A stretch of 64,000 nt of DNA from sequence record NC_024125.2. One strand, 5' to 3'. Made by a program: the position numbers and the translations under genes. Of this stretch, positions 20,899 to 30,909 are shown piece by piece; position 1 is the stretch's first letter, and each line of letters begins with the position of its first letter. The notes beneath the pieces were generated by a model. The model was given only the letters and a program-made list of their open reading frames with translations. It had not been told where the DNA came from and did not search any database. The DNA comes from Escherichia phage vB_EcoM_112.

Positions 20899-21081
20899 TT
20901 ATCCTCGGCAATCCACTTCACATACCTTCTTGTCATCAATGAAAGCTTTAACTAGTGCTTTATTAACTTCAGCATATTGAGTAGTAGCCCATTGAACGTC
21001 ATCTTTCATCATTGTGATCTCTTTAGTAAACATGCTTTCGTTCTTAAACCACCCCATAAAAACTACCTTTACCAATTCCAT
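20899..21081 (-). CDS. dmd: Dmd, antitoxin against host RnlA/LsoA RNases, 60 aa
   Basis: 60-aa ORF MELVKVVFMGWFKNESMF directly downstream of gene 41; length and synteny. Confidence 0.8.
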   Translation of the reverse strand: MELVKVVFMGWFKNESMFTKEITMMKDDVQWATTQYAEVNKALVKAFIDDKKVCEVDCRG

Positions 21082-21110
21082 AACAATCTCCTCATTTAAC
21101 CAACAAGACT

Positions 21111-21140
21111 ACTATACCATAGTCTTGTCAGCTTGTAAAC
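21111..21140 (-). promoter_or_regulatory. T4-type early promoter (GTTTAC-N18-TATAGT), overlaps gene 41 stop
   Basis: Plus gtaaac 21135-21140, actata 21111-21116. Confidence 0.55.
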
Positions 21141-22567
21141 TAAAATTTTAATTCATTTGCCAAAGCATCTAACTGAGCTCGAGCGGATTCGTTTCTTTGA
21201 TAGCGATTCTGTTCAGCCTGAATTTGCTGTGAACCTGCTACTTCGTTCACTTCAGTTGGAGTAGAATCTTGTTCAATTTCTACCCATTTCTGATTTCCTT
21301 TTTGAACACCCATCAAAAACTTATTCCATTTATTCTTATCACCGTATCGTGATTTGATTTGCTTAATGAGTTGTTGTTCAGCAGCTGCTAGCTCCTCGGT
21401 TTCAATGACCGCAAGCATAAAATCAGCTGTTGCTGGAAGACCGGCAGATTCTGCAATATCGCTCATGTTAACATCAGAAGAATCCCAAGCTTGTTTACCA
21501 ACCTGTGCTGCAGTCCAAAGAACAGTTTCGGTTTCAACAGCAAGAGCACGTAATTCCTCTGCAATGGCTTTAACAGTTGTGTAACTATTTTCTGAGTAAA
21601 CTCTAATGCGGCAAGATTTACAAATACCCAGATAGTCGACAATAATGATTGTTGGAACAAAATTCTTCTTGAGCTTTAATTCATTTAAAAGTGATCGAAA
21701 TGTATTAGCGTCTGCTCCACCAGTAGGATATTGCTTAACGATTAAACGACCAAGGGTAGATTTCTCACGCCATTTTTCCATTTTTCCTTTATACTCAGCG
21801 TAAGAAATATGTCCATCATCAATGTCATCAAGAGAAACATCAAGCATGTTAGCGTCAATACGCTTAGCACAGACTTCTTCTGCCATTTCCATGGAGATAT
21901 AAAGAACGTTATGACCAAGCTGCAAATAATCTGCTGCTAATGAACAAAGTCCTAATGATTTACCAACGTTAACGCCAGCCATTAAAACGTTCAGTGTTCC
22001 AGTTTCAGCTCCGCCTTTAGTAATTTTGTTTAGAATTCTGAGTTTAAATGGAACCTTACGAGCTTTATTCATATAAGATAGCCAACGCGCTTCATAGTCA
22101 TCCATCCAATCATGACCAACGTAGCTATCAAATGAAATTGATAATGCTTGGCGCATGATGTCAGGAATAGCACCTACATCTGGCATTTTCTTATTTCGTT
22201 TTTCCGGAGGAAGCTCAGCATTAGTTTGAATTTCAATTATTTTAGACGTAGCATTAAACATCGCCCTTTGCTGAACATATTTTTCTGTTTCTTTTACTAA
22301 CCAGCTATGGTCTTCTGGAGAATCGGCTAGTTTCGAAATAAGTGTTTTTACACCAGAATATTCTGTTTCAGTAAATGAACTATTTTCTAATGCAACATTT
22401 AACGCATTAATAGATGGAACGCTATGGTACTCATTAACATGAGATTTAATTAATTTGAATGTATTTTTAGCTGGACCACTTTCAAAATATTCTGAATCCA
22501 TATATGGCCAAACTTTTGAAAAATAAGCTTGATCAAATATGAGATGAGAAAGAATAATTTCTACCAC
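21140..22567 (-). CDS. 41: replicative DNA helicase gp41 (DnaB-like), 475 aa; GTG initiation
   Basis: Walker A GVNVGKS, DnaB-family layout; first codon GTG at 22565-22567 with AAGGAG RBS. Confidence 0.9.
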   Translation of the reverse strand: MVEIILSHLIFDQAYFSKVWPYMDSEYFESGPAKNTFKLIKSHVNEYHSVPSINALNVALENSSFTETEYSGVKTLISKLADSPEDHSWLVKETEKYVQQRAMFNATSKIIEIQTNAELPPEKRNKKMPDVGAIPDIMRQALSISFDSYVGHDWMDDYEARWLSYMNKARKVPFKLRILNKITKGGAETGTLNVLMAGVNVGKSLGLCSLAADYLQLGHNVLYISMEMAEEVCAKRIDANMLDVSLDDIDDGHISYAEYKGKMEKWREKSTLGRLIVKQYPTGGADANTFRSLLNELKLKKNFVPTIIIVDYLGICKSCRIRVYSENSYTTVKAIAEELRALAVETETVLWTAAQVGKQAWDSSDVNMSDIAESAGLPATADFMLAVIETEELAAAEQQLIKQIKSRYGDKNKWNKFLMGVQKGNQKWVEIEQDSTPTEVNEVAGSQQIQAEQNRYQRNESARAQLDALANELKF

Positions 22568-22576
22568 ACTTACTCC

Positions 22577-22921
22577 TTAAAAGAATTTAAATTTTTTCTT
22601 TGACCTTTTATTAAATGCATCTTGCAGTTGCATTGTAATACATTTTTCTACATGAGGAGCTAACTCAGCTTTTCTTTCTTGGTCAAGAACAGCAAAGTCC
22701 ATTACGACTTTTCCATCAACCCAATCTAATTTTGTCACATACACAATGTGTGTAGAACCATCTTCTAGTTTAATGACAATCTCCTGGATAACATTTTCCA
22801 TAGCGGATTTAATTATCTTAAGAGACTCATTAAAAAGACGTTCTTTTCTTTCTTCTTCCCCCTCCGAAGAGGGGGATTCATCGATAATTTCTAGATCTAA
22901 ATCTAAATCATCTTTATTCAT
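22577..22921 (-). CDS. 40: gp40 head-assembly accessory protein, 114 aa
   Basis: ATG at 22919-22921 gives 114 aa; synteny between 41 and uvsX. Confidence 0.7.
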   Translation of the reverse strand: MNKDDLDLDLEIIDESPSSEGEEERKERLFNESLKIIKSAMENVIQEIVIKLEDGSTHIVYVTKLDWVDGKVVMDFAVLDQERKAELAPHVEKCITMQLQDAFNKRSKKKFKFF

Positions 22922-24095
22922 TAAATTCTTCCATATCACTTAACTGTTCGAGGTCAGTTTCTAAATCAGCAGCTGATTTACTTTTACTTTCTGGAGATTT
23001 AAATTTTTCAACCTTTGAGTTAATCAATTCATCAACTTCAGCTTCAACAATTTCATTACTATCAATAGCACCTAACTGATAAGCACGTTTAATAGCATCT
23101 CGGAATGGTTGATGCTTAAATAAAGGACCCCAGAATGTAGTGCAGTTAGTATCTTTTGCACGCCAAGATTTTTCTTCGCGAATCATCTCGCCGGTTTCTT
23201 CGTCAAGAAATTCACGAGCATACCAACCATTCTTAGGTTTTACTACAAATCCTAATTCTAGAGCCATATCTAACAATCCAGAATAAGGATCGATACCACC
23301 GTCAAATTTAACATCAATAAAGAATTTACTTTTTTCTTTAACGGTACGAGATTTTTCTACATTTAGAACAAATTGATACCCCTGAAGATCAGAACCATCT
23401 TTAATCTGGCGTTTACCGATAATGAATACGGTATCAGCCGAATACATTACGCCTGTACCACCTGTCATCACGGTTTTACTAAACATTTCAATTGTTTCAA
23501 TTGTATGGTTAACCGCAACGCACGGAATATTTTTAATGCTAAAATAAGGAGTAACAATACGGAATAATGACTTCAGTGATTTAGCACGAGTCATATCTGC
23601 CACAGATTTTTCATTCAAGGCATCTTCCGTTTCTTTCTTGGAAGCCATATTACCAATTGAGTCGATGAATACAATAACTTTTTCACCGCGCTCAATAGCT
23701 TCAAGCTGATTCACCATATCAATTTTCAGCTGTTCAACTGATTGAATTGGCGTATGAATTACACGTTCCGGGTCAACTCCCATGGATCGCAAATAAGCTG
23801 GAGTAATACCAAATTCGCTATCATAGAATAGACAAACCGCGTCAGGATATTTGTTCAAATATGCCGCAACCATAGTCAAAGACATATTTGATTTAAAGTG
23901 TTTAGAAGGCCCTGCGAAAATAGTTAAACCAGACTGCATACCGCCATCAATCGCACCAGAAATAGCAATATTAAGCATTGGAATTTTTGTACGAATTACA
24001 TCCTTTTCATTAAAGAATTTAGATGTAGTCAGTTCAGCAGTCATTTTAGAAGTGGAAGCTTTAATCAAACGGGATTTTAAATCTGCAATAGACAT
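22914..24095 (-). CDS. uvsX: UvsX recombinase (RecA-like), 393 aa
   Basis: Walker A GPSKHFKS; RecA fold layout; ATG at 24093-24095. Confidence 0.9.
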   Translation of the reverse strand: MSIADLKSRLIKASTSKMTAELTTSKFFNEKDVIRTKIPMLNIAISGAIDGGMQSGLTIFAGPSKHFKSNMSLTMVAAYLNKYPDAVCLFYDSEFGITPAYLRSMGVDPERVIHTPIQSVEQLKIDMVNQLEAIERGEKVIVFIDSIGNMASKKETEDALNEKSVADMTRAKSLKSLFRIVTPYFSIKNIPCVAVNHTIETIEMFSKTVMTGGTGVMYSADTVFIIGKRQIKDGSDLQGYQFVLNVEKSRTVKEKSKFFIDVKFDGGIDPYSGLLDMALELGFVVKPKNGWYAREFLDEETGEMIREEKSWRAKDTNCTTFWGPLFKHQPFRDAIKRAYQLGAIDSNEIVEAEVDELINSKVEKFKSPESKSKSAADLETDLEQLSDMEEFNE

Positions 24096-24148
24096 TCATT
24101 TTTTCCATAGGCATCATTATATTTTCCTCACTGGTTAAAGATAGAGTA

Positions 24149-24172
24149 ATTATAACACAATAAATTTAGGCA
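24149..24172 (-). promoter_or_regulatory. candidate MotA-dependent middle promoter upstream of uvsX
   Basis: Transcript TGCCTAAA, 12 nt, TATAAT. Confidence 0.45.
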
Positions 24173-25015
24173 TTAATCAACTGCTATTGGATGAATAGCA
24201 TTAAACTTATGAAATGCTTCTGATTTTTCTTTACGCGAAACGCACATGCGAAGAACCTTTAATGGCTCGTCTTCTTCACCCAACGATTTTCGTTTTTCAA
24301 TATTAGAAGTTTTCCAACGAGCTTGCTCTGGAAACTCTCTATTGATTTGCTCAAGCGCTCTATTATGTTTAGAATTACTACGAATTGAACTACACCCGCC
24401 AGGAGCTTGTGCTTTTCCAGATACAACTAGATATTTGAACAAGGCCAAATGCGGATAACCTTGATTAATTAAATTGAGAAATGCATACATATCTTCGCAT
24501 AAATCAATTTTTCCATACCCAATTTGTTCTGTCGTAAGTTTTCCGAGGTCATACCATGTATTCGTGAATCCATATGAATTTTCACGATAATTACCCCAAG
24601 ATGAAGTAATTTTAAAAATTGGTAGACGAGCATGACCGTGATAATACCCGCAATCCATGGCATCTTCAACATATTGAATCAATTCATAGAACTGTTCACG
24701 AGTTAATTGATTAATTTTATCTACGCGCCGTTTATCGTCTCTCTTTCGTATTGAACTCATACGGATAGTAGTATCATCGTCAATCATCCAGATTCGTTGA
24801 CCTGCATACATATCAGTAATTGCTTTACGAGTACCGGCAATTCCATTAACATCATCAGGAATAGTTACAATTTTAGCTCTAGACCCATAGGCATCATAAT
24901 AAGCTTTTTCTTCGTGTTCACGCACTATAATATGCGGTTCATAATCAGTCGGAAACATATCAAGGGCAGAAACTGCCCCGACACGTTGATAACTTGGAAT
25001 TACGAATTGAATCAT
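24173..25015 (-). CDS. glycosyltransferase (DxD, GT-A-like), 280 aa, at the locus where T4 has beta-gt; possibly beta-glucosyl-HMC-alpha-glucosyltransferase
   Basis: MIDDD DxD motif; ATG at 25013-25015 overlaps gene 42 stop; not alignable to my recollection of T4 beta-gt (351 aa). Confidence 0.6.
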   Translation of the reverse strand: MIQFVIPSYQRVGAVSALDMFPTDYEPHIIVREHEEKAYYDAYGSRAKIVTIPDDVNGIAGTRKAITDMYAGQRIWMIDDDTTIRMSSIRKRDDKRRVDKINQLTREQFYELIQYVEDAMDCGYYHGHARLPIFKITSSWGNYRENSYGFTNTWYDLGKLTTEQIGYGKIDLCEDMYAFLNLINQGYPHLALFKYLVVSGKAQAPGGCSSIRSNSKHNRALEQINREFPEQARWKTSNIEKRKSLGEEDEPLKVLRMCVSRKEKSEAFHKFNAIHPIAVD

Positions 25016-25752
25016 TTCCACTCACCTTTATAGTCTTTTTTCACAATATGAGTTTCGCCAGTATTCCACCAATGATCAACCAAATAAAAATGACGAGAAT
25101 ATACATGAAGACTTCCAACATTCCATATAATAGAACCTGCTTTATACTGACGAGTTGAATCGCCTGCATTCAAATCAGATACTAATTTATCTAATACGTA
25201 TTTTTGCCATGCATAATCATTACGGAATCCGAAGACCACGTCATTTGAGCGCATGCTTACTACCGCATTGACTTTCTTATCACGAATCAGGTACTGTACT
25301 GTATTAGTACACATGAAATCTGACATACCATCTTTATTGTAGTCAAACTGCATAGATGGACGAGTATAAATCATGATACCACGTCGAGAATCAGGATTTT
25401 GACCAAGTTCAGCTAAACACATATCATACTGGGCATAGTTATCTTCTGACCAAATAGCCCAACCATAATTCGAGTTAATTTCGCCTTTAGAAGATGCTAC
25501 CTGCTGCCAAATCTTTGGTGTTTCACCTGGAATATCTTTAACAAACAAACTCTTAGATTTATACCATTCAAGTTCACGCTGAATGTATTCATCATTAAGA
25601 GCGCCAAAAATAAACGGTTCATCTGCTACAAATGATGCGCCAATAATTTCAATAGTTTTAACACCAGTTTTATCAACTACGAAATCTTTTTCTTTTAATG
25701 CAAGCCCCAAATGAAGACGGATTTCTTCAACTGTCATAGAGTCACTAATCAT
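25012..25752 (-). CDS. 42: dCMP hydroxymethylase gp42, 246 aa
   Basis: Thymidylate-synthase-like fold motifs; length. Confidence 0.9.
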   Translation of the reverse strand: MISDSMTVEEIRLHLGLALKEKDFVVDKTGVKTIEIIGASFVADEPFIFGALNDEYIQRELEWYKSKSLFVKDIPGETPKIWQQVASSKGEINSNYGWAIWSEDNYAQYDMCLAELGQNPDSRRGIMIYTRPSMQFDYNKDGMSDFMCTNTVQYLIRDKKVNAVVSMRSNDVVFGFRNDYAWQKYVLDKLVSDLNAGDSTRQYKAGSIIWNVGSLHVYSRHFYLVDHWWNTGETHIVKKDYKGEWK

Positions 25753-25905
25753 TTAAACCTCAATTGATACATTCATATTTAACTTGTAACAGTAATAAAC
25801 TCCAACCTAAAATAATAGTTGGAATCATAAGAGGAACCGTTACACTATAGTATATACTTATTATAATCATCAAGATTAAAAGCAACACTGCTATAATTTT
25901 GCTTT

Positions 25906-26157
25906 TCATTCCTTCTCTCTGATGATAATTACCTGATTTGGTTGTGCAGACTTTTTAGTTTCACCCGCAATTGACCAAATAAATGTAATAAACCAACCAA
26001 TAATTGACCAGTTAAACAGTAAAGATGTGAAAAAGATTCCTACTGTCGATTTTGACCCACGCATCAAAGCAATAAACCATGGAAGCATGTATATAATAAT
26101 AGCCAACACGCCTGAAACTAAAACCATAAAAATTGAACCTGCTACTAAAGTTTCCAT
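25906..26157 (-). CDS. imm: Imm superinfection immunity membrane protein, 83 aa
   Basis: Two hydrophobic helices; length and synteny. Confidence 0.8.
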   Translation of the reverse strand: METLVAGSIFMVLVSGVLAIIIYMLPWFIALMRGSKSTVGIFFTSLLFNWSIIGWFITFIWSIAGETKKSAQPNQVIIIREKE

Positions 26158-26164
26158 GTTTTCC

Positions 26165-26545
26165 TCACTTAGTCAAATTTTTTACGCATGAATTATAAGA
26201 ATTCACTACATACTCCATCGGAGCATTTTTACCAGTACGCCATTGGTAATTATTAGCCCAATTAGCCCAAATTTCGGCGCAGTAGTTTTCAATTTTTTCT
26301 TCGTGTGTAATTACATCAGAATTACGATATGCTTGAGCAGATTCATCTGGACGAATAGCTTCGTCAAAATTCGCCTGCATTTGTTCGACTGTTTGCTTTG
26401 GAGCTTCTTTATAACACTTGACATTAGGATTATAAAATTTGCTTGAACAGTTTACAATTTTTCCTACATCAGACTGATTTACTACCGGTCCTTGAGCTAC
26501 ACAACCAGTAAGACCTAATGCAATAACCAAAATAGCGATTTTCAT
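26165..26545 (-). CDS. lipoprotein, 126 aa
   Basis: Signal peptide with lipobox LTGC. Confidence 0.6.
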   Translation of the reverse strand: MKIAILVIALGLTGCVAQGPVVNQSDVGKIVNCSSKFYNPNVKCYKEAPKQTVEQMQANFDEAIRPDESAQAYRNSDVITHEEKIENYCAEIWANWANNYQWRTGKNAPMEYVVNSYNSCVKNLTK

Positions 26546-26555
26546 AATAATTTCC

Positions 26556-26792
26556 TCAAATGCAAGTAGTAATTACTCCAGTAGTGCTTATGCAGGTATT
26601 ACCCATTTGCACACCTAAAGATCCATTTGTATTCACATGAAGATTATCATCAATTTTAACTGATATTTTACCATTAGTGTGAATAACGGTGCTAGATTCA
26701 ATCACAGGTTGAGTATCATTTTCAACACTAACAAATGGAACTGCTGCTAATGCAACTAAACAAACTGCTAAGCATCCCATAACAATTTTCAT
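26556..26792 (-). CDS. secreted/membrane small protein, about 78 aa
   Basis: ATG at 26790-26792 after shared leader GGAGAATGAA; signal-peptide-like N-terminus. Confidence 0.55.
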   Translation of the reverse strand: MKIVMGCLAVCLVALAAVPFVSVENDTQPVIESSTVIHTNGKISVKIDDNLHVNTNGSLGVQMGNTCISTTGVITTCI

Positions 26793-26829
26793 TTCATTCT
26801 CCAAATCCGTATCAGTAGTTGATAGTTGT

Positions 26830-26859
26830 ATAGTACCATAGAAGAACAGGGATGTAAAC
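26830..26859 (-). promoter_or_regulatory. T4-type early promoter within a repeated promoter-leader cassette
   Basis: Plus gtaaac 26854-26859, atagta 26830-26835. Confidence 0.55.
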
Positions 26860-26947
26860 AGTTTTGTGAAAAAATTTTTAGGGAATCCAAAGGGTCCAGA
26901 ATCATCTCTTTTTCATAAGTATAGATTTATATTACTTGTATGAAAAA

Positions 26948-26963
26948 GGGACCTGGAGGTCCC
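26948..26963 (-). terminator. terminator-like hairpin after gene 43
   Basis: GGGACC-UCCA-GGUCCC on transcript followed by UUUUUCAU. Confidence 0.6.
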
Positions 26964-26976
26964 TAGATTTATTCTA

Positions 26977-29673
26977 TCAGCCAAACAGGAAGTCTAACGA
27001 AGCTTTTTCTTCATAGTCCATGCCAGCCGATTCACACATACCCGCAAGCGGTTTAACAAACGATTTTTGGAACAAAGTTGAGTGGTCAATCCAAGATAGC
27101 ACATCAGAACGAATTTCTTTTGGAAGTTCTGTACCCGATGGCCAAGCAATGCACTTGTCACCAAATGGATTTCCTTCACGTAATGGAAGAACCATTACTT
27201 TATTTCCATCCAAAATTGGAGCTACACCCAGACCACTAACAGCTCGACGATAAGTTAGCACACCGCGAATATGGAACGGGCATTTAAATCCTGGCCAACC
27301 TTTATCATCATATTTCGCTATATCGTTCGCAGTTTTTACTTCAGCAATAACTTTATAGTCAAGTTGACGATATTCTTTCTCGAAGTTCTTGTAGTATTCT
27401 TGGACAGACTCTTCACCTTCTTGAAGAATACGACGAATACTTTCTTCGAGAGCTTCTTGCACTGCTTTTGGTGTTGAACTCTGCTGAGTTTCCATACCCA
27501 TGATTTTTAGATGCGGTTCAGCAAATCGTTTATCTTCCATATCATAAACGTTCAGAGCATAACGCTTTTTCGCTTTCCAAAATCCACCAACACCCTTTGA
27601 ACCAAGTGGAGGGCAAGAAATAGCTTCACGGTCCATATGCATCAGATGCTCGCGGTTATTCATATAATCACATAACTCACGATATGCAACATCAATCATA
27701 GGTTCCATCTTTTTCTTACCGAACTGATTCATGAATTCAACTAAATCGTTCTGCTCTTTGAATCGGTCAAGACCAACTTTTTCAATAACTTTATCTACAC
27801 AAACATATACCGAATCAGTATCACCTGCTGCGATGAAATCTTCACCATTAGTTCCGCATACTTTATTCAGATATTCATTAATTTTACGAGCAATCCACTG
27901 AATACCAACTTGGCCGAAAATTGTGATAGCAGTAGCATTTCGCAAATCATAGTAACGAAAATGAATATTACCAAGAGCACCGTAAAGACTGTTAATAAGA
28001 ATTTTACGGTTCAGCTGATTTGTGTTAGCAAGTGTAGCTGCTTTTTCACATTCTTCAATCAAACTATTGAGAACAGATTCGGTGTAATTCGATAGTTCAT
28101 TTAAGAAATCATCACTGAACTTAACATATCGTTCAACTTCAGGTTTAGTTGAACAAGACCCTGCGCCTTTCATAATAATCTTTTTAATAGCTTCGGCATT
28201 CATTTCTTCAGCGAACATTTTCTTTTTCCAATCTTTACGCTGGAAAAATACTTTAGCGATTTCCTTTGGAATGATACCTTCTTGATGCTTATCATACATC
28301 CATCCATTCGGAGAACAAGAATATTCATCACTCGGTTTAGGAGCTGTTCCTGCGATATATTCATGAATTGGATGAACTTTAAACTGACCACGAATAGTCT
28401 CAGGACTAATGTTAACCTGACGAATAATGCTCGGATACAGAGACGTCAAGTCAAAACTCATAATATATCGACGAGCAATTGGTTTAGGTTCAAATACAAA
28501 TGCACCCGGAAAACTTTGTTTAACGTGCGAACCTTGTTGAGGAATAACCTTATGTTCACCTTTCAATGAGTTAAAAATAATAGCATCCCAAGTTTTAATA
28601 GGACTCATTACACCAGAAAAAGGCATTTTAGCATAATAAGACATACTTAAAACTAGATCGATAAACCCGCGAATTTTATCAATTGCTTGAACTGATTCTA
28701 CGTCAATGATGTTATAACTAATGTATCGTTGATGATTAGTCTCACGAAGTTTATTAATAGGACCATCATACGGTAATTTACCTTTTTTGGTTTCATGTTG
28801 AGCAACTGATTCCAAAGAGAATGACGGCAAATTAGTAAAAGCGAATTTCTTGTACAAATCTAAATAATCAAGAATAGATACGCCATCAATAGAATAAATT
28901 TCTTTGCTACCGTACATATTTTGAATTAGTTTAGATTTTACTCGACCGATTGGAGAGAAGCGTTTCATACTACGTTCACCGAGAACCATTTTAACACGAT
29001 TCATGATATACGGAACGTCAAATCCCTCAATATTCCAACCGGTAAAAATAGCAGGTCGTTTCTGTTCCCAGAGATTAATATATTCCATGAGCATATCACG
29101 CTCATTATCAAATGGCATATAAATTACTCGGTCAAGAATTTCTTGAGGAACTTCATCACCACCTTCACAGTCAAGCTTAGCAGCTAACTTTGCATCCCAT
29201 TTTGATACTGAACCGTACATTGAATTCAAAAGGTCGAAAACATAAAAACGATCATCAATTGAATCATAATGAGTGATAGCATCAATTTCATATTCAGCTT
29301 TCATTGGATCAGGAAATTTATCACCAGTAACCTCAATGTCACAGTTAGCTACACGAACAAATTTTCGGTCATAAACAATTTCTGAACCATACGTATCACT
29401 GATATAAGCGAGTTTAAAATCGTTCATACCAAGAGCTTCGAGACCGATGTCTTCCATTCGCTTCATCCAATCTCGAGCATCTTTCATTGATGGAAATTTT
29501 TGAGGAGCGCAATTTTTACCATAGATGTCTTTGTACTTTGACTCTTCCTTACAATGCCTAAACATAGTCGGAAGATATTCTACTTCACGAGTACGTTCCT
29601 TTCCGTTTTCATCAATATAACGTTCAACAATGTTATTTCCGACTGTTTCGATAGAGATATAAAATTCTTTCAT
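26977..29673 (-). CDS. 43: DNA polymerase gp43 (family B), 898 aa
   Basis: Exo and pol motifs (FDIE, YGDTDS); length. Confidence 0.95.
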   Translation of the reverse strand: MKEFYISIETVGNNIVERYIDENGKERTREVEYLPTMFRHCKEESKYKDIYGKNCAPQKFPSMKDARDWMKRMEDIGLEALGMNDFKLAYISDTYGSEIVYDRKFVRVANCDIEVTGDKFPDPMKAEYEIDAITHYDSIDDRFYVFDLLNSMYGSVSKWDAKLAAKLDCEGGDEVPQEILDRVIYMPFDNERDMLMEYINLWEQKRPAIFTGWNIEGFDVPYIMNRVKMVLGERSMKRFSPIGRVKSKLIQNMYGSKEIYSIDGVSILDYLDLYKKFAFTNLPSFSLESVAQHETKKGKLPYDGPINKLRETNHQRYISYNIIDVESVQAIDKIRGFIDLVLSMSYYAKMPFSGVMSPIKTWDAIIFNSLKGEHKVIPQQGSHVKQSFPGAFVFEPKPIARRYIMSFDLTSLYPSIIRQVNISPETIRGQFKVHPIHEYIAGTAPKPSDEYSCSPNGWMYDKHQEGIIPKEIAKVFFQRKDWKKKMFAEEMNAEAIKKIIMKGAGSCSTKPEVERYVKFSDDFLNELSNYTESVLNSLIEECEKAATLANTNQLNRKILINSLYGALGNIHFRYYDLRNATAITIFGQVGIQWIARKINEYLNKVCGTNGEDFIAAGDTDSVYVCVDKVIEKVGLDRFKEQNDLVEFMNQFGKKKMEPMIDVAYRELCDYMNNREHLMHMDREAISCPPLGSKGVGGFWKAKKRYALNVYDMEDKRFAEPHLKIMGMETQQSSTPKAVQEALEESIRRILQEGEESVQEYYKNFEKEYRQLDYKVIAEVKTANDIAKYDDKGWPGFKCPFHIRGVLTYRRAVSGLGVAPILDGNKVMVLPLREGNPFGDKCIAWPSGTELPKEIRSDVLSWIDHSTLFQKSFVKPLAGMCESAGMDYEEKASLDFLFG

Positions 29674-29691
29674 AGATATTCCTTAGTTTAT

Positions 29692-29709
29692 AGCCCGAGT
29701 TATTAGGCT
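29692..29709 (-). promoter_or_regulatory. gene 43 translational operator hairpin (gp43 autoregulation)
   Basis: Transcript AGCCU-AAUAACUC-GGGCU immediately upstream of the gene 43 RBS. Confidence 0.75.
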
Positions 29710-29733
29710 CTTGATATATTATACTCCAATTAA

Positions 29734-29747
29734 GGGGCCGAAGCCCC
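29734..29747 (-). terminator. CUUCGG tetraloop hairpin between regA-distal ORF and gene 43
   Basis: GGGGC-UUCG-GCCCC on transcript. Confidence 0.5.
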
Positions 29748-29751
29748 TTGC

Positions 29752-29973
29752 TTAAATTAGTACTATTTGTCGGGTGAAAATTGTCAATCCATCTGCATTA
29801 ATTGACTTAACGACTGCAGTAAAGTGTTTTTGTTCTGGGTGAACTAATTTTTGAAATTCTACCTGAAATTTTAGTTGAAGGTTTTCTGGTAAATCGAAAA
29901 GTGTTTCTGTTGCAGAAAGATTATATTTTTCTTTAAGAGACGCCATGTATTCTTGCGGAGTTATAGCAGTCAT
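29752..29973 (-). CDS. hypothetical protein, about 73 aa, between regA and gene 43
   Basis: ATG at 29971-29973 one nt after regA stop; weak RBS. Confidence 0.4.
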   Translation of the reverse strand: MTAITPQEYMASLKEKYNLSATETLFDLPENLQLKFQVEFQKLVHPEQKHFTAVVKSINADGLTIFTRQIVLI

Positions 29974-29974
29974 A

Positions 29975-30343
29975 TTAATTACCAATCGTATATTTAGGAA
30001 CGAGTTTCCATTCATGTTTTTGTTTAAAAGAAATAACTCGGAAGTTATTAGTTAAATCTTTCATAAAAGTTCTTTGACCAGGAACGATTTCAATCAGTCC
30101 CCAATCTTCTAATAGCCATGCAATCGAATCACGACGAACTTCATCTTCTTCTGTCATTTCAACCTGGCGACCATCCATACGAAGCATTTCTTTAAAATGA
30201 ACGATATAGTATAGTCCTTTTTTCTGAAGAATATGACAGGACTGATACAGAACTTTATCTTTATTATTAGCAATTCCCATACGAGTCAAAGTTTCTTTTA
30301 CTTTCAGAAAATCTTCAGGTTTTTTAAGAGTAATTTCAATCAT
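29975..30343 (-). CDS. regA: RegA translational repressor, 122 aa
   Basis: Length, N-terminus MIEITLKKPEDF, synteny after gene 62. Confidence 0.9.
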   Translation of the reverse strand: MIEITLKKPEDFLKVKETLTRMGIANNKDKVLYQSCHILQKKGLYYIVHFKEMLRMDGRQVEMTEEDEVRRDSIAWLLEDWGLIEIVPGQRTFMKDLTNNFRVISFKQKHEWKLVPKYTIGN

Positions 30344-30344
30344 T

Positions 30345-30908
30345 TTACCATTCCAATGCTAGTTTTTTGAGTTGTTTCTGTTCTTTTACGTTCTTAGTCA
30401 CTTCTTTCAAAAAATCATCCGTGACTAAACCTTTTAGTTCTTTTAATACTAAAGGAAGTTTTCCATTTTTAGTAAGAATTGATTTATAGTTAATTGCATC
30501 ATTTGTATTAACTTGATACCGCTTAGCAAGTAACTTAATAATCAATACTTCGGTGGAATCTTCAACCAGTTTTGCCCATTTACCATATCTTTTACCACGA
30601 GGAACTGCAGCCATTAGATAATTAAAATGAGCTTCATCACTTAATCCAGAACCGATTAAATTCATAGCATATACAGCTGGCATGCACTCTGGAAATTGTG
30701 ATAATGCATTTTCAACCATGAATTTTGAATAATCTTTTTGAGCAATAGAGCATTTAGTTTTATTATTAATAGCTCCAATTATTTCAAAAAATTCATTTTC
30801 AGCTTTTTCTTTAAAAGAATCAGCAGCGGATTGGACAGCTGTCCAATCTTTTGAATACCAAGCAACTTGATGCTCGTTTAATTGAATATCATCTTCAAAT
30901 AAGCTCAT
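30345..30908 (-). CDS. 62: clamp loader small subunit gp62, 187 aa
   Basis: Length and synteny with gene 44. Confidence 0.85.
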   Translation of the reverse strand: MSLFEDDIQLNEHQVAWYSKDWTAVQSAADSFKEKAENEFFEIIGAINNKTKCSIAQKDYSKFMVENALSQFPECMPAVYAMNLIGSGLSDEAHFNYLMAAVPRGKRYGKWAKLVEDSTEVLIIKLLAKRYQVNTNDAINYKSILTKNGKLPLVLKELKGLVTDDFLKEVTKNVKEQKQLKKLALEW

Positions 30909-30909
30909 A

